A program made the position numbers and the translations under genes. From Tubulanus polymorphus (lineage: Eukaryota; Animalia; Nemertea), in NCBI RefSeq assembly GCF_964204645.1, contig NC_134026.1, positions 20,556,150-20,620,149 on the forward strand: a stretch of 64,000 nucleotides of DNA. Reading direction: 5' to 3'. Shown here piece by piece: positions 13,586 through 26,905 of this stretch. How positions within the stretch are numbered: position 1 is the first letter of the stretch; each line of letters opens with the position of its first letter. The notes beneath the pieces are model-generated. The model was not told the DNA's origin and made no database searches. It saw nothing but the letters and a program-made list of their open reading frames with translations.

Positions 13586-13932
13586 CCGTGCAATACTGGT
13601 ACAACGGTCTTCAAGCATTTCGCAGTGTTGATCATCTTTGGTCTTAGGTATGAACTATATCGACCGTGTCCAATCCTGCGGTTCATTCTTTCGGGCTACA
13701 TATTAAACGTACCAACTATTAACATCCGGTTTCACTTACAGTTCACAAGTAATCGATTAGCATCCCCGTGCAATACTGGTACAACGGTCTTACGCATTCC
13801 GCAGTGTTGATCATCTTGGTCATAGGTCTGAACTATATCGACCGTGCCCAATCCTGTCGTTCATTCTTTCGTACTACTATTCTACGTACCAACCAACATC
13901 CGGGTTCACTTACAGTTCGCAAGTAATCGATT
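13586..13932. repeat. ~180-bp tandem duplication upstream of SLC7 copy 2
   Basis: ccgtgcaatactggtacaacggtctt...cacttacagttc(a/g)caagtaatcgatt starts at 13586 and again at 13766. Confidence 0.85.
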
Positions 13933-14287
13933 TATTCCGGTTACCGAAGTTCACCCTAGATTCGGTTACTTTTTAGTCGACGAAAGTCGACTTCAGTGTT
14001 TATACTGCATCGTAAGCGATGTTGCTTCCGATAGTGTGAACTCAGTTGCCGCCGTAAACATTTTCTTTCGATTGTCTATCGATTGATTTGTCGACATATG
14101 CCGGGAATGTATGCTGAACAATAGACGTTACATCGAAATATCGTGGATGATATTATAATTTATCATTGCTTTCGGGTAAGTCAAATCAAATATTGCTCGT
14201 AGGTCAAATGCAAATGTCAAGATTAATTTAAGCAAATGTCATGATTAATTTGTACAGGCCGAAAAGAACGCAGTATAGATGGATATT

Positions 14288-15107
14288 AGAGGGGCGGATG
14301 CAGGGTCCTATCTCGAGAAAAAGCAAAGAAAAGCACTCGATATTATGGACTACTGTATCCATGCCTCGCGAGCGCCGTAGGTGCGAAGCCATTAAGGGGT
14401 GTGGGGACGTTATATCCTAAATTCAAGACATTTTTAGGCCATTCTGGTGGGTTTTGGAGGCATAAAATCCGATTCTAAAAAAGGACATTTGATGCAAAAT
14501 TCTAAGTCAAGACTGACAAGAAAAGGACTCGTTTGCAAGTGATAGAGTTATTATGAAGTTTGATATTTCGCTGATATGACAGAAGTAACTTTTCTACTAG
14601 ACTTGTAATACATGAAATGCAAAATAGAAAATGAATTGACATTGTTATCGGCTGTCAAATTGGTAACCGTAATCTTAAGTATTGATTACATTGTCATTGA
14701 AAAAAAGTCTATACACAATGCACAGAAAGATAAACTTGAAATACATGTAATGTTAAAAAAAACAAACAAAGCAACTTTCAGCGGAATAAAATCTTCAATT
14801 CATATTATGATAGACGTGATAATCTATAACACACTGCCTTGTCATAAGTATTGTGAAGTATGGCACTGGTAAATGGAGTGCATATCACAAGGGCACATTT
14901 GTGCTAACCATGCATTTTATGTAGGTTTGAGAGCAAGTTGATGTCGGACTTGTGGATTTGAGGCCGGTGGTACTTTCTGCGTCAAACGACGGCAAACATG
15001 GCCATTAAATGTCAAACTTCCAGGGGCATCCCCTAGAGGCGCGGACAAAGTTCGACGGGGTTCCAAAACTGTCGGAACCCCCCCCCCCCCTCATTGATCC
15101 ACCCTTG
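14288..15107. mobile_element. Non-autonomous TIR element in the 5'UTR intron of SLC7 copy 2
   Basis: Ends aggggcggat ... atccaccctt; the flanks are contiguous in copies 3 and 5. Confidence 0.55.
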
Positions 15108-15789
15108 ATATCGTATGTTGCACAATATTACTAGAAGTATAAAACTCATTAAAGAAATTTCCATTGACAATCAATCTGGTTTTTTGCGTGGGGGAAATAA
15201 GAGGAAATAGAAGAATTCCTGTTTAAATACATTTGACACATATGGCGTTAGGGGCCGCGCATTTAGTACGTAAGCTTGACTTCCGGGTGTTTTTACCCCC
15301 CCCCCCCCACTCCAAATGTGTGCGCCCTCAGTTTTTATTTTTCAGAATCCATTGTTTAAAAAAGGCAAAATTCACCAGCATTCATCAGAACTTCGACGAC
15401 GATGTACGTATTCCCAGGAAATCCCGAAAAATAGGGGATATTTGTAAAAATAATATTGTGTTTCGTGCACAAAGTACGTTCTATAAACTTACCCCTGCCC
15501 CTTGGAAAAAATATGCACGCTCTAGGGGTGCGGTGGGTTCAATTCTGCGCAAATTGCGTACGAACGCGTCGGGGTAAAGGTAAAATGCAAAAAAGGCTGA
15601 ATTTCCGAACCTAATTTGCTAATATTCAAAACCATATGTAGTCCATGTGCATGCCTTCAATTGTCTCTGTTTTAGCCTCTTAACATTGTTCCCAAAGGAT
15701 CTGGGCGCCGATAATCTGGTTGCCACACTATACTTGGAAAACCAGCTTAGTCGATATAGAAGCGGAGTAATCCGACCACTCGTTTAAAA

Positions 15790-18700
15790 ATGGAGGCCGA
15801 TAAAGATTCACCGCAATCTCAAGACGGGGATCACGTCCGGTTGAAACGCACCTTGGGACTAAGGAACGGGATATGCTTGATTATGGGCATCATAATCGGC
15901 AGCGGTATATTCGTCAGTCCGAAAGGCGTTTTGGAACATACGGGTTCAATTGGTGCGTCGCTGCTTCTATGGACGTTCTGCGGATTTATTGCACTATTAG
16001 GTTCATTTTCTTACGCCGAAATTGGTTCGGTTATCCCAGTTTCCAGTGGCCCATATGCCTACACGTTACGCGCATTTGGAGAGATACCAGCATTTATGGT
16101 GATGTGGATGATTGTTGTCGTTCGCGGACCCGTTAGTATGGCTATTCTCGCTATCACATGCGGAAATTATATCATTGAACCGTTTTTTCCGCTTTGCGAT
16201 CAACAACCGGAGGCCGCTGTCAAACTCATAGCCATCATCGCGATAAGTATGTTCATTGGATTTGGTTTGGAACTTAGGACATTTATCCGAAGATGATTGT
16301 TGTTTAGAAACTCGAAATTCTAAAACAAAATCTGTATCTTGCTTTCTGTTGCCATTTTATAAGAGTATAACAATTAGTTGTCCCAACTATCGTAGCGCAG
16401 AAGGAACATGCGATTGACCTTATATTAGATAACGTTTAGGTGTAAACGTTTTATGAATTTTGTTTAATGATTCCAAAAGGTGTCCAATTCCTTAAGTACA
16501 TCAAAAAAAACATCTTTGATGCGTAAGCTTTTTCTTGTTTTTATAAGAATAATTTATATCTGAGAAAAAAAAATCATATATTCACTTTTTGATTAATACT
16601 TTAACTCGTACAACTTAAACTTAAAATTTGATTGAATAAAACTTACGTAAGACAAACTCGCATGTCCCTTAATATACTTTTAATATACAGTTAATAATAA
16701 ACTTTTTACAAATAACATACATATTGACATTAATATAAGCGCTTCCATAGACAACATCCAAATTATGTGCCCGTCAGCAAAAATGGCCTTTCTATCATGA
16801 TTGTCCCACTTTGCATTCCAGTAGGGACAGTCGCATTAAACTGCGTTAGCGTCAAATGGGCCACGCGGTTGCAGGATAGTTTGTCGTTTACGAAGATTAT
16901 TGCTTTAGCTGCCATTATAATCGCCGGTATCGTCAAGTTAGTCATAGGTAATAGGAATCGCACTCTCCTACTCCCTGTTTCCATTTCTAACAACGAACAA
17001 TTTCATTTAGACTACCAGGCGGGGAGAAGTTCAAAGTTCAAAGAACCTTTCAAAAGAACAAACACCAACCCAGCAGAGTGGGCTCTAGGATTCTATGCTG
17101 GGATGTTTTCATATGCTGGATGGTGAGTGCCTTACTGCAACGACGTTTGACATAATTGTTGAAATAAATGAATTCATTGAGGTCCAGAGAGATTTTTCAA
17201 ATTACCATGTATGTTCCAGGTACAATCTGAACTATGTAGTGGAAGAAATAAAAAATCCTAACAGGTATAGTATTGACAGCATTACATTTCCATTGAAGAA
17301 TGTATTTAAACCATATAAATGCGCATAATTGAATAAATCGTACGTATGAAAATAACCGAAGCCCTGAAGAAAGCTAGGCTAGAGAAACATGCGTGTATAT
17401 GTTTTAAACGAAGATCTGGATCTGCTATTGGCACCTCTTAAAACTCAACTTTCAGATACGGTTCGTTCATTTGTTCTAGGAATTTAACTTTGGCCATCGT
17501 GATATCTGTACCGATGGTGACATTCTTATACGTGATGACAAACTTAGCATATTTTGCCGTCCTAGAGCAAGATCTGGTGTTGGAGTCAAATGCAGTAGCA
17601 GTGGTGAGAAGTGAATTAGGTTTAATTTGATATATCGCTTCCCTTGTTAGTAAAAAGACGTCGTGCGTTTGCCATTACATTTTTGTACACGGAGAGTGTT
17701 TTGGTATCCACGCAGGCACTTATATTATTTTGCAATGGTTCGGTGTGTGACACATCGGCAAGGAAACAATGTTTTACATTGCATTTCGCTGTTTACGTAC
17801 ACTGGACTGTAACAGTGCTCAGCATCGAAAATGTGTAACATATTATCATATTATTGTCTTTAACTAGACGTTTGGGAACAAGTTATTTGGTGTGATGGCA
17901 TGGTGTATACCGTTGCTCGTAGCATTGTCGACGTTAGGTAGTCTGAACGGCAGTTCCATCGTAGCGCCTAGGTACGAGACTAAAGGATTAACGTTTTGGT
18001 CAGGACTACATTACAATAAGAAATTCCAAATAAGGAAAAAAGACACTATTGGGAAAGAATGTCCAAACGACCGAGCTATTCGTTTTAACAGTCGTTGTAC
18101 ATTCTATTCTAGGGTGATTTTCGTCGCAGCACGACGTGGCCATCTCCCGCATAGCCTGGCGTTAGTAAGCCTGAGATATGTTACGCCGATAACTGCGTGT
18201 ATATTTACAGTAAGTTTCAAACGGAATATAAAACAAAAAGTGTGAATCAGCCTTATGTATCCACGTGAAATGGCATGTAATGTGTAAATAGATATACTTG
18301 TTTACTTTCAGGGTCTTTTGACGGTTATCATAGTGATTTTCAGTGTCGACCTCTATAGGCTGATTTCGTACTTTTCCTTTTTGGACATGTTTATGTTGAT
18401 TGTTCCTGTCATAGGGTTATTGCACCTGAGGTGGAAACACCCAGACATACCTCGCCCAGTCAAGGTTTGTAATTTGTGAAAACTAGTTAATGAAGAATAA
18501 GAATTTATTTATTAAATAAATATTCTATTTACTTTCTAATTGCCTTACGTTTCAGGTGCACAACATTGTTCACTTGAGTTTCTTATTCGTTTCGGTAGTA
18601 ACGCTGATTCTACCATTTTACGTCGATCCACTCGGCACGGTATATGGAATACTGATCGTTTTGACGGGATTACCTGCCTACTGGTTTGGAGTCACCTGGA

Positions 18701-18985
18701 AAAACAAACCAGCATTTATACAGAAGTATATCTGTATGTACATTATATGAAATAGTCGAGAATCACATTCACATACATTTATGTTTAAGATAGACCGCAA
18801 AGAAGTGGGGTTAGGCTACGTCTAGCGTTACTTCAAAAAGTTCCAGAGATTCCATCGTGATAACATATATACAATATCATATCATATCAATATCACTTTT
18901 CATTTGTATAGATTACTCTACAATTGGCCTTCAAAAGTTGTTCTTCGCCGCTAAGACGGATGCTGTTCTCATCGAGACAGGCTGA
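15790..18985 (+). CDS. SLC7 transporter light chain, copy 2 (~489 aa)
   Basis: Exons 15790-16246, 16822-16947, 17011-17122, 17220-17264, 17480-17603, 17868-17971, 18113-18209, 18312-18464, 18556-18733 and 18912-18985; same phases as copy 1, open frame. Confidence 0.95.
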
Positions 18986-21804
18986 AGTGGACCCGGCCCC
19001 GGAATCGCGCGCGTGACCGAAAGTCAAATTTACTGGCAACCACTGCGTTGTCGGCACCTGGACCTTCTTATTAAAACCCAGCCAAAACGGGACGAAAATA
19101 AATTTGCAGTTCAATTTAAATCTGAAAATGTAGTCCATAGTCTAATATATTTCACCTGCTGAAATTGTTTTCACGTGAATATGTCATCTTCCAAAAGATA
19201 TGAAAATCGTAAACAACTTGATTCTGTTGTTTTTCTTATGATGCAACAGAAACATTAAAGAACAAAAAAAGCAATTTACCCACTTAGTGTAACCTGCGAG
19301 GCACTGCTGCCGGTTCAAAGCAACAAACTCAAGTCGAGTGATTGTTTAAGGCTGAGGCGTTAGCGTGTGTGACTGAACATTTTTGTTGTTTATTTGTCAA
19401 CTGCTGTACCCACGGGTTAAAATCTTCAGTATCGTGTATAATTCATACATTATGAAATGATCATATCGGTACTTTACATCTTTGCTATCTATAGTTTTGT
19501 TACGGGCTTCCATGGGAAGATGACTTGTGGGATTGAATTCGACAATTAGCAATAATAAATCCGCTTTAGATAATAACGAACTTCTTAGATTAGCTAAGCG
19601 TTAGGATGACTCTATACAAGGTAGATCATCAAGACAATGGCCAATTTTCGAATTCAGAACATATGTTTAGGGCTATGATAACGCAAAACGGAAAACAAAC
19701 GCACTCGATGAATGACCTTTCTATATCCACACTTGACATCAGCGTTTTGAACTTTGAATTCGCGATGAATTATTTATCTTCACTGCACGAATATGCAAAT
19801 GGATGATACATTTTTAGCATTACAGTATACTAATTCGGAAGGCCTCGTGTTATTGAATTTCCATACAAACATCGAACATTTTCTAACCTTTCTAGTATGT
19901 CACTCACAGAGGACTATGTAATTGAGATACAGAAGCTTAAAGTAAACCTGTGCGTTATCCATTAATTCACTTGTCACCAAATACAACAATGAGTGAATCT
20001 CGTGCGATGCAATCGGGATCCCTACAGATCAGTGATTACAGGAGCGTCTGCATCACTTATTACACAAATTACTGTAGGCTACCCAACGTAAATCGGTTAC
20101 TATTTATCTTGGTAGACCATGTGGTTTTGTTAGCAAATGATTTCCTTTATCCTACCTATGAACTCGGTTTCTAATTCGCTAACCGCCTTAGTTTGGCAAA
20201 AAAAATCCAGGTCCCAACTGTATTAATCTAGCCATAGTTTACTGTATAACTACAAACTAGAGAAAATAATTCACTTTGTTCAAGCACCTTTAAAAGCGTC
20301 TTCTGTTTTGAAAGGGTTTTCTACGGAATCAAGGAGTCATAGGGACCCTGTACCGGTATGTAAAATGGAACGTACTTCGATGCTTAAAATGATCGAGCTG
20401 GCCGAATGGCAATATTCAGGTTATCAAAAAGTGTGGCTCTATACTTGACACTGAATTTACTAACATACTGTCCTTGATAGCGTGGCAAGTAAATAAAAGC
20501 CTTCGATTTTTGCTGATTCATATATACTGAATTGAATAGAATGCTTTATTTTAATTTTTTCAATTCAATTATCAACCACAACAAAAAGAAAAGAAAATAA
20601 TTGAATGAAAAAAAAAACGGTTTGTAGCCCAAAGGGAACAACCATGCATATACAACAAAACACGGCTTTCAGGCGGAATATACCAAAGGGGTCTTAAAAG
20701 ATATCTAGGATCGTTGCCGCCGCTTCGCATCTTGGAAGGGTCGAAGGTTTGATAGAACGAAGCCAGTTGATTGACTGAATTACATTGATTCATCGAGTTC
20801 TATTTGAGCGATTAGAATATCAGGCGAATTTCAGTTTTCGTAATTAGTCGACTAGTGATCGGAGCTAATAATCTGGCGCACTAAAGTTCCGTCTAACGCA
20901 TTTCGTAGTGTCGATCATCTTGGTCATAAGTCCGAACTACATCGGCCGTGCACAATTCTGCGGATCGCCATTTTCGGACTACAGTTCTGACTAACTGACA
21001 ATAGTTGAACTTAGTTTGCAAGTACAAGTATTTGATATATTTCGATAACCGAAGTTCACTCTAGGTTCGGGTGTACCTTTTAGTCGACGAAAGTTGGCCA
21101 ACTTATGATTTGACCGTGATTTTACCTCCGATAATTTAAACCCAACAACCGCCGTAAACTTTCCGTCGGATTATCTGGTCGCTTTATCTGTTAGCATATG
21201 TCGGGAAGGTGTGCGCTGTGCTATAGACGGTGTATAGAAATATTGCGGATGATGTTAATTTCTCACTACTTCGGGTAAGTCAAATGCAAATATCTTAATT
21301 ACTTTCTACAAACCGTAAAAGATCGCACTATGTGAGTGGTAGACATCATATGTTGAACAATATTACTAAATATCCCTTTCGAGAAGACCCTCAATCTGAA
21401 TTTTGCGTTGAAGAAATGAAAGAAATAGAAGATTTCCTTTATTCAAATACATTTGACAAACATGGCGAAGAGGCGCTTGTAAATGCTGCAGATATGTAAT
21501 AATGTCATGACGCGTACACGCTTTCCATAGCTACTTTGATGAGTGCATTCATCGCCAGGAGTGCGGTTGCCTTAATTCCACGCCAAATGCGTATGAACTT
21601 ACCCTTCGTAGTAAAGGTAAAAAACAAACAAAGGCCTCATCAATTCATATCCTGGCCGAGATTCAAAACCTGATATATTTCATGTGCCTGCATCGATTAG
21701 CTCTGTTTCAGCCTCTAGGTATTGTTTCCTAAATATCTGGATAATAATCTGGTTGCCACACTCAGTCGAGAAAGAAGTAGAGTAATCCGACAAATCGTTT
21801 TAGA

Positions 21805-24800
21805 ATGGAGTGTGGTAAACATTCATCGCAATCTCAAGACAGGGATGACGTCCGGCTGAAACGCACCATAGGGTTGAGGAACGGCATAGGCCTAATTGTG
21901 GGCCTTATAATCGGCAGCGGTATATTCGTCAGTCCTAAAGGCGTTTTGCAACATACGGGTTCAATTGGTGCGTCGCTGCTTCTATGGACGTTCTGCGGAT
22001 TCGTAGCACTTTTAGGCTCATTCTCGTACGCCGAAATTGGTTCGATCATCCCCGTTTCCGGAGGTCCGTATATCTACACGTTACGCGCATTCGGGGAGCT
22101 TCCAGCATTTTTGATGATGTGGATGATGGTTGTCATTCGTGAACCCGTAAGCGTGGCTGTAGTCGCTATCGCATGCGGGAATTATATCATTGAACCGTTT
22201 TTTCCGCTTTGCGATCAACAACCGGAGGCCGCTATTAAGCTCATAGCCATTATCGTGATAAGTATGTTATTTGACTTGGTCTTGAAGCGAAATCGTAATA
22301 CATTGTACAACGAATCAGTTTTAATTTATGAATATGAAATTTACCAACAAAATCGGTGTCTTACCTTCCGTTTCCATTTTCATAGTTGTCCTATTATAAC
22401 GCGCTGAAAGGACATGCGATTGGCGTTGTATTAAATTGTGTTTTAGGGTTTACATTTTTTTTTACGATTAACGACTTCTAAAAGGTAACAAGTACATTGA
22501 AAAACTCTCTTTAATGCGGCCGCCCTGGCTTGTGTTCATCGGAACGATTCATATCAATTCATGGAAAATTTCATGAATCGGCTTTTTCGAAAAAAAAAGA
22601 TAATGTTATTAAACAAATTGCGGCGAGTTTGTTTTTAGTTTCAGTATTGTTTCTAGAACTGCAAGTTTTTAGTAGAGCACAGCCGAACACTCGACTGTAA
22701 GCGTTTCAGAAGTGTTTTCCGAGTTCCTTTCTGTCGATTGAATTGTAGACGCCAAGGTGGCAGCCCTAGAGATAGTTTTTGTAGTAGGTAGGCATTTTTG
22801 TAAGTCAATTGTAAGGCATAACTCGCATGTCCCTTAAGCGCTTCTATAGGCTGACGTGCCAGTTAGTAAAATGACTTTCATTATTTTTCTGCTTTGATTT
22901 TAGTAGGGACAGTTGCATTAAACTGCGTTAGCATCAAATGGGCCACGCGGTTGCAGAATAGTTTGGCGTTTACGAAAGTTATTGCATTAACTGCCATTAT
23001 AATTGCCGGTGTCGTCAAGTTAGTCTTAGGTATTTTAAGAATTGCAATTCCCTTCTGCCTGTTTCCATTTCTAACAACGAACAATTTCATTTAGACTATC
23101 AGGAGGGGAGAACATCTAACTTCAACGAACCTTTCAAAGACACTGTCTACAACCCCGGAGAGTGGGCTCTAGGATTCTATGCAGGCATGTTTTCATATTC
23201 TGGATGGTGAGTGCATCCTGCAACTTTATCTGACATAAATGAATTCAGTGAGGTTCAGAGCAATTTTTCAAATCACCATGTATGTTCCAGGTGCAATCTG
23301 AACTATGTAGTGGAAGAAATAAAAAATCCTAACAGGTATTGTATGACAGCATTGCATTTCGCCATTGAATGTGAACCGTATAAATGCGCATTTGATTGAA
23401 TAGATCACTCGTATGAAAATAAAATAATAAGTAAGTCCTCAGAAAACTAGGCTACAGCAACCTGCATGTCCATCATTATGTGTAAACATATATTCTTGGA
23501 ACAGAGTAGGGAGATCCGTATCTGGTCTGAACCTGCCATTTTTCCGGCCCTTAAGACCCAACTTTCTTATACCCTATTGTTCACTAATTCTAGGAATCTT
23601 ACTTTGGCCATCGTCATATCTATATCGATGGTGACATTCTTATTCGTGATGACAAACTTGGCTTATTTCGTTGTGCTAGCGCCGGATGTAGTGTTGGAGT
23701 CAAATGCAGTAGCAGTGGTGAGAAAAAGTGAATATGTTTATTCAAATATCTAGCTTTGATTGAAAAAATGTACCGAATACATTTTTCTTCGCAGAAAGGT
23801 TTAACTATGCAATGTTTTGCTGTGAGGCACCCGAAACACCCGTAAGAGCGGACTGCTTCGAAAAAGTGTAATATGTTACTCCATTATTGTATTAAACTAG
23901 ACGTTTGGGAACAAGTTATTTGGTATGATGTCATGGTGTATACCGTTGCTTGTGGCATTGTCGACGCTGGGGAGTTTGAACGGCAGTTCCATCGTAGCGC
24001 CTAGGTACGGGACAATAGTATTAGCTTGTTTGTTAGGACTGCATTACGATAAGAAATTCCAAATAAGGAAAAAGACACTATTGGGAAAGAATGTCCAAAC
24101 GACCGAGCGGTTCGTTCTAACAGTCGTTGTACTACTCTCTACTCCAGGGTGATTTTCGTCGCAGCACGACGGGGCCATCTCCCGCACTGCCTGTCGTTAG
24201 TAAGCCTGAGATATGTTACGCCGATAACTGCGTGTATATTTACAGTATGAATATAAAACAAGAAGAGTGAATCAGTCTTATGTATCCACGTGTAATGGCT
24301 AGTAATGTGTAAATAGATATACTTGTTTACTTTCAGGGTTTTTTGACGGTTATCATAGTGATTTTCAGTGTCGACTTCTATAGGCTGATTTCGTACTTTT
24401 CCTTTTTGGATATGTTAATGTTGATTGTTCCTGTCATAGGGTTATTGTACCTGAGGTGGAAACACCCGGACATACCTCGCCCAGTCAAGGTTTGTAATTT
24501 GTAAAAACTAGTGAATGAAGAATAAGAATGATTTACATTTCAGCTCGTGACAACATTGTCTCATGAAATATTTGCGATGAACAGATAACACAAATCTTGA
24601 CGAGAAATTCTTTAAACTGATATTAACGCATAATGTGTAAAAACACAATTTTATCTTTCTTTTTTATTACCCACAAATTCTATCTACTTTCTGGTTGCCT
24701 TACGTTGCAGGTGCACAACATTGTTCACTTGAGTTTCTTATTCGTTTCGGTAGTAACGCTGATTCTACCATTTTACGTCGATCCACTCGGCACGGTGTTT

Positions 24801-25142
24801 GGAATACTGATGGTTTTGACAGGATTACCTGCCTATTGGTTTGGAGTCACCTGGAAAAACAAACCAACATTTATACAGAAGTATATCCGTATGTACATTA
24901 TATGAAATAGTCGAGAATCACATTCACATACATTTATGTTTACTTACATTACATTTATGTTTAAGATAGACCGCAAAGAAGTGGGGTTAGGCTACGTCTA
25001 GCGTTACTTCAAAAAGTTTTAGAGATCCCATCGCGATGACATTATGATATCATTTTTCATTTGTATAGATTACTCTACAATTAGCCTTCAGAAGTTGTTC
25101 TTCGCCGCTAAGACAGATGCTGTTCTAATCGAGACAGGCTGA
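21805..25142 (+). CDS. SLC7 transporter light chain, copy 3 (~489 aa)
   Basis: Same 10-exon structure (exon 1 21805-22261, exon 2 22904-23029 ...), ends IETG* at 25140-25142; no stop or frameshift seen. Confidence 0.94.
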
Positions 25143-26065
25143 AGTGGATCCGGCCCCGGAATCGTGCGCGTGACTGAAAGTCAAATTTTACTGGCAACCA
25201 CTGCGTTGTCGGCACCTGGACCTTCTTATAAAAACCCAGCCAAAGCGGGACGAAAAGACATTTGCAGTTAAATTTAAATTTGAAAAATGTAGTCCATAGT
25301 CTATTATATTGCACCTGCTGAAATTGTTTTCACGTAAATATGTATTCGTCCAAAAGATATGGAAATTGTAAACATCTTGATTCTGTTGTTTTTCTTATGC
25401 GACAGAAACATTAAAAAAACAACTATCCCTTCCCTTAGGTTCAATTTGAATTCGAAACGCATCAACCGTCTTTTCGTATTGCCTGAAATTATCTACCAGG
25501 CAAAACGAAACGTATCTTCATGGTATACCTGCTTCTATTTGATAAGTTGTACATTAAATTCGACAATTAGCAATAATAAGCCCGCTTTGAATGATTACGA
25601 AATTCTTAGATTAGGTAAGCTTTACTCTATTCAAGGTAGATCAAGACAATGGCCAATTTTCGCATTCAGAACATATGTTTAGGGCTATGATAACGCAAAA
25701 CGGAAAACAAACTTACTCGATGAATGACCTTTCTATATCCACACTTGACATCAGTCGTTTTTAACTTAGAAATCGAGATGAATAATTTATCTATACTGCA
25801 CGAACATGCAAATGGATGATACTCACAGAGAACATTATTTAATTGAGATATAAGAGCATAAAGTGACATGTGTATTATCCATTAAGTCACTTGTCACCAG
25901 ACACAACAATGAGTGGATCTTGTTCGATGTCATCAGGGTCCCTGCAGATCAGTGATTCCTGGAGTTTTAAAGGAGAAAATTTCAAATTTCCAGGAGCGTC
26001 TGCATCACTTTCGTGTCCAAATTACTGTCGGCTCCTCCAACGTGAATCGGTACTGTTTATCTTGG

Positions 26066-26282
26066 TGAACCATCAAATCGGGGATTTTGTAAGCAAATTG
26101 TTATCCTTTAACCTACCTAAATCGAGTAATATAGGTTGGTAAAAAGACAATCCAAGTCCCAACTGGTAATGTCTATCTTATTGAACCATCAAATCGGCGA
26201 TTTTGTAAGCAAATTGTTATCCTTTAACCTACCTAAATCGAGTAATATAGTTTGGTGAAACGACAATCCAAGTCCCAACTGT
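26066..26282. repeat. ~116-bp tandem duplication upstream of SLC7 copy 4
   Basis: tgaaccatcaaatcgg..gacaatccaagtcccaactg at 26066 and 26182. Confidence 0.85.
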
Positions 26283-26905
26283 ACTGGATTTAGGCGTAGT
26301 CTTATACTGTACAACTACAAATTAGAGAAAAAATCACTTTGTTCAAATTAAAGGTTTTTCAAGCAGATTTATAAGCGTTTTCTGTTTTAAAGGAGTTTCT
26401 TTAAAACATCAAGGATTCGTAGGGACCCTGTACATAAAAAATGAACGTCCGTACTTCGACGATGGTTTAAATGACCTATATCCGAATGGACATAAATTAT
26501 TCAGGTTATCAAAAAAATTGGCTTGATACTTGACACGTAGGCCTATACTTTATGCTTGCTGACATACTGTCCTTAAAAGTGTGCAGGTAGGTATGAGACT
26601 TCAATCTATATGCATCGATTCATCGAAAATAGAACATGTTCTATTTGAGCGATTAGAATGTCAGGCAAACTTCAGTTTTCGTCATTAGTCGACTAGTGAT
26701 TGGAGCTAATAATCGGAACTTAAAGTTCCGTCTAACACATTTTCAAGTCTCGATTGGTCCTAAGTCTGAACTACTTCGACCGTGACCACTTTTGTGGTTC
26801 AGCATGATTTTCGGATATTTCGATAACCAAAGTTTGCACTAGATTCGGGTTCCTTTGAGTCGGAAGTTGGGGAGAAGTAGAGGAATCCGACAACTCGTTT
26901 TAAAT

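Noticed and set aside
16948-17010. Stop-free 63-nt intron 2 in SLC7 copies 2 and 5 (possible in-frame retention)
   Set aside because: The same intron has a stop or changed length in other copies; the 81-nt open intron in the PEX-only gene likewise has a stop in the full MMP.
19277-19380. taacctgc..gccggttcaaagc resembling a twister ribozyme in a copy-2-specific insertion
   Set aside because: The P4 3' strand (ccg) is missing, so the core cannot be closed; treated as an unclassified insertion.
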